Shown in pieces: positions 49,536 through 59,704 of a stretch of DNA of 64,000 nucleotides. This stretch comes from a virus, in IMG/VR virus record IMGVR_UViG_3300044766_000192, positions 16,420 through 80,419 of that record. One strand, written 5' to 3'. A program made the translations under genes and the position numbers. The notes under the pieces were generated by a model that was given only the letters and a program-made list of their open reading frames with translations, searched no databases and was not told where the DNA came from. Positions within the stretch are counted from its first letter, which is position 1; the number at the start of each line of letters is the position of its first letter.

Positions 49536-51614
49536 TCACGCGGGCTCGGCGGTCGTGATTTGCGGTTTGGCCTCGTCCTCGTCTTCGTCTTCGTCGTCTT
49601 CGTCGTCTTCACCATCCTCTTCGGTACCTATGCTCATCAGCAGCTTGGTGACGTCATCACGATACGCCTGCGGCGCGTCAGGCAACAGCACGTCGATGAA
49701 GTCCGGGACCATGCCCTGAATCAGAAGATCGATCATCGCTGGAATCGGGATCTGGTTCTCCATGATGTAGAGCGCGGCCTGATGGACTGCCATCGCTGTT
49801 TGCTCGGGCACGACGCCATCGGGCATTTTTGAATTCTTTGGATCCATTCGTGGCGGATCCATCGACAGCGATTCGATCAATCGATCGACGCCACTACGCA
49901 GCTCGATGACCTTGGGCAAGAGCACACCGAACCATTCGACATCGGTACGGCCTTTGATTTTGCGCTGCGGATCATAGCCCGTTGCGACTACAGCAACCGG
50001 TATTGGTGCGACCGCTGCGATCGGTGCTCCATTGAGGCCGCCGCTCGGCGCGACCGGCGCAGAAGTTCGTGGCTGCTTCGGCGTGGCCCACGGTGGACGC
50101 GATGAAGCTGCGTGCCCCGCACCGTTGCCGTTGACCGGAACTGGCGCAGCTTGAATCGACGGCTGCGCGCCCGGCGGCGTTGCGCCGACGAACGTTCCGT
50201 CTTGGCGCTGCGCGACAGCGCCGCTCTGTTTGATCGTCGCTTCAACGCGTGCCATCTCAGCGAGGCGATCGTTCTGCGACTTGATCACGTCGGCTTGTGC
50301 GCGAGCCATCTCGGCTTGCGTGTGGAACCCAGCAACGGCTTCCTTGGTCTTGCCGCCCGTGTACTTCTCGACCATCTCCTTGACGCCGCCGCCGATGTCA
50401 CGCACGAGACCGATCACTTCGTTGCCGCCGCCCTGGTTGAGCTGCGCCGCGGTCTCGATCAGCGTGCGCTGGATCTGAAACATGTCCTGCCACGCGCGAT
50501 TCATCTGGCTCTGAACTTGATCGGCGCCATTCGAGCTGTCCTTCACGATCTGAAGCAGATCCTGTGGGCGCATGATGTTGGCCTGCACGCGCTCCATCTG
50601 CGCTTGGTTGCTGCGACCCATCTCCTTCATCGCCTCGACCTGTGCGCGCATTTGTTCTTGGAACATCATCACGACAGGATCGGGGCCGGCTTTGGCCGTC
50701 TCGCGCATGAGCAGCTCGTAGCGCGCGTTCGCGGCTTCGATTTGTCGACGCGTTTCTTCTTGGTTCGTGCGGATCAACTCGCGAAGCTCTTGCTCGCGCC
50801 GCTGGCGCTCGGAGTCAGCAAGCGCGTTTCGCATCTGCTCTTGGAGCATGCGATTCTGTTCACGGAGCTGTTCGATCGCGGGATCGTGCGTCGGCTGAGC
50901 CTTCACCAAATTCTGGCCCATCTGCTGGATGAGCTGTTGCAGCTCGGCGAACCGGCGATCGGACTCGGCCTTCATCTCGGCCGCGCGGCGCTCGAATTCG
51001 CGCTGTGCCGTTTGCTCGCGAGCTTGCGCGAGCTGCGCTTGCGTCTGTTCGAGCATGGCTTCGAGCCGTCGACGATCAGCATCAACCGCTGGGTTGTAGG
51101 ACTGGAAAGAGGGCTGTGCTTGAGGCATGTAACCCGGCTGCGGCTGCGGCATCGGTGGGAAGTAGCCGCCTTGTGGTTGCTGCTGCTGGTAGTACGACGC
51201 TGGAGGCAAAATCGCACCCCCGTTGAACTGTGCCATGGGCCTTGCCTGTTGCTGAGTTGTGATCGGAGCAGGGATAGCCGAGCTTGACGCGAGCAGCGGC
51301 GGGATGCGCTCGGGGAAGTCATGCGGGTTGTAGAATGCCGGCCACTCCATCATCTGGGAAGGTACCGACGAATCGACGATCGTGATCGCGTACTGGCCGC
51401 CACCCGACCACTCGTTGACGAGCCACTTCTCGGCGTCGCGGACCTGCTCTTTTGACCACCCCGTGCCCGGTGGATCGCCGTTCTCGGAGGGCGGGAGCGG
51501 GATCTCGTGGCGCATGTTGCCGCGAATCTTCTCGATTCGGATGGTGAACGGCTCGGCCATGGCTTCGAGCTTCGAGAGATCGAACTTCGGGGGCGGCTTG
51601 ATCATCTTGGACAC
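49536..51614 (-). CDS. Gln/Met-rich coiled-coil protein with acidic tail
   Basis: Globular N-terminus, Q/P-rich linker, long coiled coil; start GTG 51614 inferred from TACGTT-N7. Confidence 0.75.
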   Translation of the reverse strand: MSKMIKPPPKFDLSKLEAMAEPFTIRIEKIRGNMRHEIPLPPSENGDPPGTGWSKEQVRDAEKWLVNEWSGGGQYAITIVDSSVPSQMMEWPAFYNPHDFPERIPPLLASSSAIPAPITTQQQARPMAQFNGGAILPPASYYQQQQPQGGYFPPMPQPQPGYMPQAQPSFQSYNPAVDADRRRLEAMLEQTQAQLAQAREQTAQREFERRAAEMKAESDRRFAELQQLIQQMGQNLVKAQPTHDPAIEQLREQNRMLQEQMRNALADSERQRREQELRELIRTNQEETRRQIEAANARYELLMRETAKAGPDPVVMMFQEQMRAQVEAMKEMGRSNQAQMERVQANIMRPQDLLQIVKDSSNGADQVQSQMNRAWQDMFQIQRTLIETAAQLNQGGGNEVIGLVRDIGGGVKEMVEKYTGGKTKEAVAGFHTQAEMARAQADVIKSQNDRLAEMARVEATIKQSGAVAQRQDGTFVGATPPGAQPSIQAAPVPVNGNGAGHAASSRPPWATPKQPRTSAPVAPSGGLNGAPIAAVAPIPVAVVATGYDPQRKIKGRTDVEWFGVLLPKVIELRSGVDRLIESLSMDPPRMDPKNSKMPDGVVPEQTAMAVHQAALYIMENQIPIPAMIDLLIQGMVPDFIDVLLPDAPQAYRDDVTKLLMSIGTEEDGEDDEDDEDEDEDEAKPQITTAEPA

Positions 51615-51704
51615 GTGCGCCAACGTAGACGACTCAGATTTGATGGGCAAGAATCCCGGTTTTTTATTTGCCCAAGGTAACTGACCGCCTTACAAGCGTT
51701 ATCG

Positions 51705-52142
51705 ATGCCAAAGAAGATCCTTCCAACCGTCGGGCCAGTCCTCACCGACTTCCCGGATCGTACTTTCGAACGTAAGCAGGGGTGCTGGAACTGCAAGGGG
51801 TGGTCTCACGAGCTTGGCAAAAAGCACTGGTCCGACCGACGCCAGAAAGATCTGGAAGTCGGCTTATCCCTTGCGCTTTCCAGTCCTCTCGGCGAAGACG
51901 ACCCGAAGGTGAAGGGCATTCGGAGAATGATAAACCATGTCGATCACGGAGTCGCCTCCAAGAGCCTCGGGATGTGCCTCGGGCACGGTGTCGACCGAAA
52001 CGGAGATCCAGTAGGCGATCTTGTAATGTCCACGTATCTTTGCGAAAAGTGGAACGGCGCCCAAGGCGCGTCGGTCGCGCGTGGCGGCGAAGCGCCGGAT
52101 CTGCTCCCAGCCGAGCTTGAAGACAAGCTCGAACAAAGCTGA
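51705..52142 (+). CDS. Cys-containing hypothetical protein
   Basis: CWNC...C...C; TGATG coupling to the next gene. Confidence 0.6.
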   Translation: MPKKILPTVGPVLTDFPDRTFERKQGCWNCKGWSHELGKKHWSDRRQKDLEVGLSLALSSPLGEDDPKVKGIRRMINHVDHGVASKSLGMCLGHGVDRNGDPVGDLVMSTYLCEKWNGAQGASVARGGEAPDLLPAELEDKLEQS

Positions 52143-52618
52143 TGTCGATCTTCATCTACATGCTTGTAACTCCAGCCCTTTACTACCTGGGCTCGCGAGC
52201 GATGATCACGAGCTGGCTCTGGCTGAGGTATCCAGCCCGGCTCTCGCTGTTCATGGATTGCTCTGCGTGTTCAGGTACTTGGTATGGCGCGATCGTCGGC
52301 GTGATCGGAGGCTACGTCTTGGGGCTACCGTTCCTCGGGCTCGACGGCAACTCGTGGCCGACCATCATCATCATTGCGCTGTGCTCGATGACCTGGACGC
52401 CGATCATCGCGGCCCTCATGCAATGGGCCTTCGAGACGCTCGGTTCAGCGGTACCTATCGATGACGCAGCGCAGGGAATCCCAATCGCCGAGCGCGAGGT
52501 TAAGATCCTGCCGACCGTCTTCGCCGAGAACCCTGAGGCCGCCAAAGAATTCGAGAAGGTCATCCGCGAGCAGCTCATCAAGGAACGGGCTCACCTGAGC
52601 GTCGTCCCTGAGAAGTAG
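52142..52618 (+). CDS. DUF1360-like membrane protein with CxxC
   Basis: Three TM helices; DCSACSGTW. Confidence 0.6.
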   Translation: MSIFIYMLVTPALYYLGSRAMITSWLWLRYPARLSLFMDCSACSGTWYGAIVGVIGGYVLGLPFLGLDGNSWPTIIIIALCSMTWTPIIAALMQWAFETLGSAVPIDDAAQGIPIAEREVKILPTVFAENPEAAKEFEKVIREQLIKERAHLSVVPEK

Positions 52619-52619
52619 C

Positions 52620-52949
52620 GTGGGTCGCGGCGCGAGCAATTCCAGCGCGCCCTACTTCATCGCGATGCGTGAGTACGAGCGCCGGATGCTGATCGCCGCG
52701 ATCGATTCGTGCGGTTCGATCTCTATCGCAGCGAGCGCGCTCGGCGTGACCAAAGAGTACGTTCGGCTCCGAGCCCTGCACCTTGGCGGCGTACTCGCCG
52801 GCCAGGACAAACGAGAACCGCCAGGACCGATCGCGGGAACGCGGCCCAAAGTCAGAGCAGAAGGCTATGGTCTCAAGCGAAATCCGAAGCGCAAGCCACG
52901 CTTGACGCTTGTACCCGATCCACTCGAACAGAAAGATCCCGAACGATGA
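52620..52949 (+). CDS. Fis-type HTH protein
   Basis: YERRMLIAAIDSCGSISIAASALGVTKEYVRLR. Confidence 0.75.
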   Translation: MGRGASNSSAPYFIAMREYERRMLIAAIDSCGSISIAASALGVTKEYVRLRALHLGGVLAGQDKREPPGPIAGTRPKVRAEGYGLKRNPKRKPRLTLVPDPLEQKDPER

Positions 52950-53452
52950 GCGGTTCAGCTAGCGTGACGATCCCCTACACCGACTTCGAGGCAATCCAAA
53001 CCGCGAGGAAAGCGGCCGAGCGTGAAGTCGCCGAGCTGCGCGAGCGAATCCGAGAGAACAAGATCGAGGCGAGTGACCCGACAGTACTCCTCGTCGCGCG
53101 CGAAGCACTCGAAGTCGCGCGCTACGCTGTTGCAAGCCTGCCTCCCGAATCGAACAAGGGCTGGCCTGCTCGCGCATTACGCGTGATTGCCGAGCACCTC
53201 CCATCACTGCCTGATGCGACGCAGGACGATCACGAGCTAGCCTCGACGTTCATCTACTTCGCGAACGAGATCGATCTCTACGAGAAACGTCGTCGAGGAT
53301 TCGATGATAGAATCAAAGAATTCGAAAAGACCGTCAAGAGCATGGTCAAGTGGCCAATAGACAAGCCGCTGCGCTACTACGGCAGTAGCGAGCCGTGTGA
53401 CATGTGGACGGGGCCTTGTTCTTGCGGCGCAACTCATACAGAAGGCGTCTAA
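52946..53452 (+). CDS. Hypothetical protein
   Basis: ATGA coupling; C-terminal CDM..GPCSCG.TH. Confidence 0.6.
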   Translation: MSGSASVTIPYTDFEAIQTARKAAEREVAELRERIRENKIEASDPTVLLVAREALEVARYAVASLPPESNKGWPARALRVIAEHLPSLPDATQDDHELASTFIYFANEIDLYEKRRRGFDDRIKEFEKTVKSMVKWPIDKPLRYYGSSEPCDMWTGPCSCGATHTEGV

Positions 53453-53460
53453 CGAAATAG

Positions 53461-53610
53461 TTGCCCAACGCGATCAAGATCAGTAGAGTCTTCTCCAAGG
53501 TTGCACCTCGTTCCCACCTTTCCGAGTCAGCCCCAGGCGCCCATCGTCGAGACAAGCCTGCACCGTTTGTCAGAGCCCGCCCCCGGGTTCACGATGGGCG
53601 CCCCCATCAT
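53461..53610 (+). ncRNA. Candidate small RNA with its own sigma70 promoter
   Basis: TTGCCC-N17-TAGAGT; 12-bp perfect stem 53536-53547/53591-53602. Confidence 0.4.
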
Positions 53611-53615
53611 CTTGT

Positions 53616-54338
53616 TTAGGATGTGCCGTCGTCGTCATCGCCGAATAGCTCGGCCGATTTGCGAAGCGCCTCGGCAGCACGAGCTTTAGCCTCCGGGTCC
53701 TCATCAGGTTCCTCGTTGGAACCCTCGGCGAGCCCGCGTGCCTTCCGAAATGCGGTGAGTGTGTTAGCGGCCTGATCGAAAGTGAACGGCCACTTCATGT
53801 CCTTTAGGAGCGTGTCGCGCGCAAACGAAGCAGCACGATCCAAGCACTGTTCGATCGATAGATCTGGGTGCCGTTTCCTGAGATCGTCGATGTGCTGCGC
53901 GAGGTGACCGTAAGGCAGGCCGTGTTCCTTGTACCAGTGATAGCGATCGATCGCAGCGTCGAGTGCCTGCGGCCGGCTTCCTAGGAAGCACGTTCCACCC
54001 TTTGGGTTCGGCACGATCGCGCGAAACTTGCTGCCGTTCACGAGGTAGACGCCCGCGTAGCCGCCTTTGCATTTCGCGCTCGTTTCGAGCAGCGCGACAT
54101 CAAAGTCGATCGTCTCCTGCATGCTATACGCAGCGGCGCCCGGCGCCGACGTGCGCCCGCTGAGCTTGAGCATCGCTTCGGTCCACTCGAAGCCGAGGTC
54201 TAATTTTCCGTTGCGAGCATACAGCTCGACCTGAACGAGCAGCCGTTCGAGCGCTGCCTTCGGAGTCGTGTATATCAGCTTCGCGACCTCGCCGAGCAGG
54301 TTTTGCAGGTACTCCGAGAGCTGGACTTTAACTAGCAC
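53616..54338 (-). CDS. AP2-like DNA-binding domain protein
   Basis: GYAGVY...KFRAIV....FLGS...ALDAAIDR; TGA-TAGGGT-N6-GTG. Confidence 0.55.
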   Translation of the reverse strand: MLVKVQLSEYLQNLLGEVAKLIYTTPKAALERLLVQVELYARNGKLDLGFEWTEAMLKLSGRTSAPGAAAYSMQETIDFDVALLETSAKCKGGYAGVYLVNGSKFRAIVPNPKGGTCFLGSRPQALDAAIDRYHWYKEHGLPYGHLAQHIDDLRKRHPDLSIEQCLDRAASFARDTLLKDMKWPFTFDQAANTLTAFRKARGLAEGSNEEPDEDPEAKARAAEALRKSAELFGDDDDGTS

Positions 54339-54516
54339 GGGATCACCCTATCAGTTTGAACGGGAGCGAACCAGAAACGGTATTGAGTAAAATCAATGCT
54401 TGACGATCTAACCTGCAAGACCACCCTGATTTCTGTGCTACTAGTCACGGGGATCTCGTCCCGAGCCTTTCTTGGCCTAGGGCGCTTCAAGCAAAATCGG
54501 CTAGTTTTAAGGGCGA

Positions 54517-54623
54517 TAACACTTAATACAAGTACCTAAATCTCTATGGAAAGGTAATTTATATCAGTAGAGATGATAAAAAACATGATTTCTATAGCTT
54601 TCTGGTACTTGTATTAAGTGTTA
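54517..54623. repeat. 20-bp perfect inverted repeat around an AT-rich spacer (candidate origin)
   Basis: TAACACTTAATACAAGTACC ... GGTACTTGTATTAAGTGTTA. Confidence 0.85.
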
Positions 54624-54646
54624 CCCCTTATCTAAGATGTTGAAAC

Positions 54647-55243
54647 ATGGTTCAGAGCATCATTCGGGCTAGGGCAGCCAAGGCTCTCCGAGCTGAAGCC
54701 TCCAAGCACGGGATCACGCTTAACGTTTTGATCTGCTTACTTGAACGACAGAGCTACAGCTGCGCGATCTGCACCCGAGAGCTGATCAGTGCTGTGTTCG
54801 GTGCCGATCAAGCGAATGCGATCGAGCTGAAACCCGTTGCGGTAAAGCGCCCGGCGCGACCGCGCGTCGACTACTGCCCGGAGACGGGCATCGTGCGCGG
54901 GATACTTTGTAGTTGGTGCCTCAGGCTCCTAGCCGATGAAATCAATCCGCTGGATCTGCTGAAAAAACAGATCCGCGTTGTTCCACGAACGCCGTGGGTG
55001 AATCCGAAACCGAACCGTCGACATCGCAAACGGAAGCACCGGAATTTCGTCATCCAGAAGACCCTAGCTCACGGGCGCTTCACTCCGCGAGACAATAGGA
55101 AGCGCCTTATAGATTACCTAGGGCAAGATCTCGACGAGAAGCTGATCTCAGCCCGGTGGCAAGAGCGACGGGAATCGCCGCGTGCGTTTGTTCCAACGAT
55201 AGAATCCGTAGCCGACTCCACCGACGACGATGCTTCCGAATAG
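54647..55243 (+). CDS. Degenerate EndoVII-like zinc-binding protein
   Basis: QSYSCAIC, VDYCPETGIVRGILCSWC (usual DH and N residues altered). Confidence 0.65.
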   Translation: MVQSIIRARAAKALRAEASKHGITLNVLICLLERQSYSCAICTRELISAVFGADQANAIELKPVAVKRPARPRVDYCPETGIVRGILCSWCLRLLADEINPLDLLKKQIRVVPRTPWVNPKPNRRHRKRKHRNFVIQKTLAHGRFTPRDNRKRLIDYLGQDLDEKLISARWQERRESPRAFVPTIESVADSTDDDASE

Positions 55244-56029
55244 CAGTGGCGCCCACTTCGCGAGCCACGCCGCGAAGCCGAAGGCTTGCTCGATGACGAT
55301 CAACGCGTCTTTGGCAAGCTCGATCGCGACGCCGCCGATCGCTTTGGCAACGCCCCACACGTCGGCGATGGCCGAGTCGTAGGCTCCGAGTGCGTCGAGC
55401 CAGAACGGTTTGCCGCACGCGGCGACGCCGAGCGCCTTCATCCCGTCGACGATCGTTTCCATCGCGGTGATGACCCAGACCCGAAGGCCCGGTGCCTTTA
55501 CCGCTACGCCGCGGGCTCGCGCGTCGCGCGTCGCGGCGAGATAGTCGATCGCTTGCTTGCCGAAGTCGATGAGCTGATCTCTGACGCTGTCAAGGTAACT
55601 CGTGTCGTACGTCGTCTGAAATTGCAGCGCTGTATTTTGCTGCACGTTGATCATGCCCATGACCTTGCCGACGATCGAGTCCAGGTCATCGGGCGTGTAG
55701 ATCCCCGTCGGGCGCCAGTTCTGTTTGAGGTCGTCGATCTTGGCTTGGTACGACGACGTATTCGGCACGCAGTTGGTCCCGGCGGCGGCTCCTGCTTCGT
55801 CCCAGCCGCCTGGAAACAAAGCCTGACAGTCGGACGAGCCGCCCCAGTATTGAGGGTCGGCGCACTTCTGAGCCAACGCCTGCGTGAAGAAATCGCTCTG
55901 GCCGAGCCCGCGCTTGATGAACTGAAAGCGCTTTGATTGCTTAAGGTAGATGCAACCTTGTGAGGTCGAGATGAAGTCTGGGGGGCATAGCGGGTTTACG
56001 CTACGCGCCGGTTTGGTTGAACGGGCCAT
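55148..56029 (-). CDS. Tail-anchored protein with helical ectodomain
   Basis: KRGLG; WAP-TM-VGGVGYGFYRWNKR; TGA-TACGCT-N6-ATG. Confidence 0.7.
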   Translation of the reverse strand: MARSTKPARSVNPLCPPDFISTSQGCIYLKQSKRFQFIKRGLGQSDFFTQALAQKCADPQYWGGSSDCQALFPGGWDEAGAAAGTNCVPNTSSYQAKIDDLKQNWRPTGIYTPDDLDSIVGKVMGMINVQQNTALQFQTTYDTSYLDSVRDQLIDFGKQAIDYLAATRDARARGVAVKAPGLRVWVITAMETIVDGMKALGVAACGKPFWLDALGAYDSAIADVWGVAKAIGGVAIELAKDALIVIEQAFGFAAWLAKWAPLLFGSIVVGGVGYGFYRWNKRTRRFPSLLPPG

Positions 56030-56091
56030 GCCGCGAGCGTATCACCTAGCTCAGCGGAATTGAACGCCGGCACAATTCTCGTCAATGGCGG

Positions 56092-56661
56092 CTAGCTCGA
56101 TCGGCCGGCAATTCTCCGCGACCACGCGAGCACGCGGTCCGGGTACGGGATGTCACCCGGCTTGTGAACACCGCAGCTGTCGGGATCAGCGGCGCCGAGC
56201 GAGCCACATCCGTAGCCGCCGAGCGCTGATCGGAGATCACCGTGCGTGACGCGAAGCCACGCGCGCAGCTCGACGGCGCCAAGCCAGTAGCCGATCACCG
56301 GCACGCGCATCACGAGGCAGGCGAGCCACGAATTGCCGGCCATTGTCTGCAACGGGCCGCAGAAGCGCGGGCCATCCCCAGCGGGTTCGAGGCTCGGCCA
56401 GCTACCCGTCACGCGCTTGCCATCGACCACGCGGCTTGTGGCCATGGGATCAAATCGGCTCTCGACGTAGGCCCATCCGATCATCAGCTCCGGGGCGAGG
56501 CCGTGCGCGTGAGCCGCGTTCGTTGCGGCCATCACGTGCGTACGGACCCTGTCCAGGTCGAGGCTTGGTGCGAATATTCGCACTTTCTCAACGAGGCGTT
56601 GATCTATCGCAGATGGTGAGTCACCGTTTAGCATAAGGGAAACCCAGACAGCAAGAATCAC
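56092..56661 (-). CDS. Lytic transglycosylase (SLT) with N-terminal signal
   Basis: YVESRFDP, GPLQT, ALGGY. Confidence 0.8.
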   Translation of the reverse strand: MILAVWVSLMLNGDSPSAIDQRLVEKVRIFAPSLDLDRVRTHVMAATNAAHAHGLAPELMIGWAYVESRFDPMATSRVVDGKRVTGSWPSLEPAGDGPRFCGPLQTMAGNSWLACLVMRVPVIGYWLGAVELRAWLRVTHGDLRSALGGYGCGSLGAADPDSCGVHKPGDIPYPDRVLAWSRRIAGRSS

Positions 56662-57218
56662 GGCCGGTTTCCAGCCGCCACAAGGCGCTCTAGATCAGCG
56701 AGCACTAGACGCATCTCGGCTAGAGAGGCGTTGCTCTTTAGGGAATTGGCTCGATGAGAAACTACGCGGATGTTTTCGACGACGTAGCCGCGCTCGGGGA
56801 TGATGCGATCAAGAGATGGACTGTTCTTAACAGGGCCCGCGATTCCACGACGCTCGTACAACAGCTCAACGCCGAGGATCGGGCAATGGCTAGGAAGCTC
56901 GATTTTTAACGACGTGGTATCAACATCGAACCGAATTCCTTTGCGCTTCGCTCGACTCTTGGTGCTCCTAAGTGATTCGACGAGCCAAGCTTCGCGAGGA
57001 CTCATCGCATAGATTTTTGCCTTGTGCCGTAGTCGCCCGTAGCCCAAACGCTCCTTGTTGTTCTTCCAGTAACGAGTGGAGTATCTGCGAACTTTGTCCC
57101 GATTTGCGAGCTTCCACGCAACTACAGCAGCCTTGGCTTTGGCTTTATTACGCTGATAGGATTTTCGATTTCGCGCACGTCTTCGTTCTATCTGTGCTGT
57201 TTCAATATTAGGCTGCAT
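56658..57218 (-). CDS. HNH homing endonuclease
   Basis: CPILG, SPSLDRIIPERGYV..NIRVVS.RAN..K. Confidence 0.88.
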   Translation of the reverse strand: MQPNIETAQIERRRARNRKSYQRNKAKAKAAVVAWKLANRDKVRRYSTRYWKNNKERLGYGRLRHKAKIYAMSPREAWLVESLRSTKSRAKRKGIRFDVDTTSLKIELPSHCPILGVELLYERRGIAGPVKNSPSLDRIIPERGYVVENIRVVSHRANSLKSNASLAEMRLVLADLERLVAAGNRP

Positions 57219-57451
57219 TGGCTAGCTTGTCGCCGAGTCGGAATTGATCGCAAGCCTCACGAGATCGTAGATCCGGCGCATCTCTTCTAGTGAGGCCGGG
57301 CGCCCGAGATCTCGCACAACCCAACCTGCGATGAAGTCTACGATCCCGGGCCAACTACTGTGGACCTGGCGCACGCGATCGATTCCGCCTTGAGCTTCGA
57401 TCGCCGCTGCGAGGCGTGGCTTGATGTCTTTCTTGAAGGCTTCGGTATCCA

Positions 57452-59128
57452 TCACCTCTCCTCAAACAACGTGTCGTTTGCTTTTACGGTCGCGCTTCCG
57501 GCATCGACGACAAGCTCCTTCGCCGCGAGCCGCGCCAGGTACGCATTGCGCGTCGAGACCTTGAATCCGGTGTTGTCATCGATATCGGGCTTCTCGATGC
57601 TGTTCGGGTAAGCGTTGATGAGCAGCTCGAACACGGCGCGCTCACCGGATGGAAGGCGTTCTATCCAGTAGTCGCGCAGCGCTTCACCGACGGGCAACGG
57701 CTCAGCATCCGGCATCGCGGCGATGCCTTCAGCGGTGGCTCGAATTCTGGCGCCCTCGTCAATCAGGTAGCCGCGATCTCGAAGCCGAGCGATGTAGGCA
57801 TTGCGCGTTGAGAGCTTGTAGCCCGCGAGCGTCGTTAGCTGCTTCTTGAACAGGCCATCAGCAAACTGAATTGCTGCGCGAAGCACGATGGCTTCACCGG
57901 GTGGTAATGGCTTGCTGTTGTCGATGATCTTCGGCTCGCGCTCGCGAAGGGCCTTGGCCGTTCCGGCAATCAACAGATCGATCGGCCGAACACCGTTCGT
58001 CGGCTTGTCCTCGTAGATCGGGCCCCGTGCAGCAATTCTGTGGAAATTCGTCACGCGATTGGTGATCTCTTTGATCGTCGTAACCTCGACACCGAGCATC
58101 GACGCGCGAGTCTCTAGTCGATTGGCAATCGATTCGAGCCGCTTGAGATCGGCGGGCTTGATCAGCTGCTTCTCGACGATCTGGATCTTCTCGGCCTTGT
58201 CGATGACGACAGGCTTCTTGCGAAGCTCCGTTTCGAGCTGCCTGACCTTGAGCTTCAGCTCGCCGACCGTTCGTAGCTCCTCTTCGGCTTCGCGGGGCAG
58301 GTTGTCAAGCTGGCCCAAGATCTTGCGGATGCGATCACTCGGTGGCGTCGGTGCAAGCGCGCGGGCGCCCGACTTCGGATGCGTCGTCTTCACCGGGCCG
58401 ATCTTGATCTTGTTGACGCCATTGGTGAGCGCGGGCCCGAACGCCCAGAATTCACCCGGTTCGAGGTTTCGCAGGTTCTGCGCGTCGGCGCGCGACGTAA
58501 AACCCAGCTCCTTGGCCGCGCGAACGATGTCGATGTCCTGCACGCAGCGCCCGACGAGCTTGTTGTTGCACTCGGCGGCAAGATCTTTGTGGACCTTCGA
58601 GATCCGTTGGGTCGCGCCGATCCCGCAGAACCCGCGCTTGCGGCCGAGCGTGAATAGATCGATCACGGCACTCGTGCTCTCACACTTCTCGCCTTCGGGC
58701 GCGAATTTGTGAACTTCGTCGACCACTACGATCAGCGACCGCCAGAGATCGCGCGGCGAGTTGACGAGCGCTTCGAGCGCTCGCTTGATGAACAGCCCGC
58801 GCTGCGTGCCCAGCTCGTAGATGTCGATGATCACCGACACGCCAAGCTCCAGGACCTTGCGCATGAGCAGAGCCGCGCTCTTGATGTCGGCGACGCAATC
58901 GCCGCCTTTGGGCGCCGCGAGGATGTAGTCGTACTTCTCGCGCAGCGTGTGAAACTCGCCCTCGACATCGAAGATGATCTGCGGTGCGAAGCTGTACGTT
59001 TGCTCGCAGATTCGGCGCACGCAGTAGCTCTTGCCGCCGCCAGAGTTGGCTTGGATGAGCATCCGCGATTCGATCAACTTCTCGACGTCGAGCGGGGCTC
59101 CGGTTCCTAAAGTCGGCTGTTTGGTCAT
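57452..59128 (-). CDS. HerA/FtsK-superfamily ATPase with C-terminal wHTH repeats
   Basis: ANSGGGKS, DVEGEF, VVVDEVH, GRKRG, ATQR; duplicated GY/FK.STRNAY. Confidence 0.85.
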   Translation of the reverse strand: MTKQPTLGTGAPLDVEKLIESRMLIQANSGGGKSYCVRRICEQTYSFAPQIIFDVEGEFHTLREKYDYILAAPKGGDCVADIKSAALLMRKVLELGVSVIIDIYELGTQRGLFIKRALEALVNSPRDLWRSLIVVVDEVHKFAPEGEKCESTSAVIDLFTLGRKRGFCGIGATQRISKVHKDLAAECNNKLVGRCVQDIDIVRAAKELGFTSRADAQNLRNLEPGEFWAFGPALTNGVNKIKIGPVKTTHPKSGARALAPTPPSDRIRKILGQLDNLPREAEEELRTVGELKLKVRQLETELRKKPVVIDKAEKIQIVEKQLIKPADLKRLESIANRLETRASMLGVEVTTIKEITNRVTNFHRIAARGPIYEDKPTNGVRPIDLLIAGTAKALREREPKIIDNSKPLPPGEAIVLRAAIQFADGLFKKQLTTLAGYKLSTRNAYIARLRDRGYLIDEGARIRATAEGIAAMPDAEPLPVGEALRDYWIERLPSGERAVFELLINAYPNSIEKPDIDDNTGFKVSTRNAYLARLAAKELVVDAGSATVKANDTLFEER

Positions 59129-59704
59129 GTCGCTTTACCTAGCTCAATTGGGGCGCGCACTCGCACCGAGTGAAGATCGGCGCTACCACAAGTACGGCAT
59201 GGTCGACGAGCGTAGTGCTCGCTTGAATGTGACAGAAACATGTGGGGGCAGACTGCACACGACCCGGATGGCTGAGCACTGTTGCAGGCGTTGCAAACAT
59301 CCTCAAAGAAGTGATCGCCTTCGCAACGTGGTGAATGAATCAAGGCAGTCGGCGCGGCTGTCTTCATCACTAGCCCCGCCGCGTGTAAAAACGATCGAAT
59401 GCCGCACTCGTCGTGATGCCCTTCAACGCCTCGAATTCGGCGTCGGTGACGTCGCTGGCGATGTACGGGCTCTTTTCCAGCCACGATGCTCGAATCGAGC
59501 TCTGTTGGCGAATCTCCGTCGCGGTGACCTCGGTCAGCTCGATGTCACCCGAGGCGATGGCCGAGATCAATGACTCGCGCGCGATGTTGCCGTCTCGCGA
59601 CACCATGTAGACATCGAAAATTGCAATCACGTTGTAGAGCTTGAGGTCGACGCGATCTTTCTTGGGCTTGGTCTTGTCTTTGTCGGGGATCAGACTTGGT
59701 GCGC

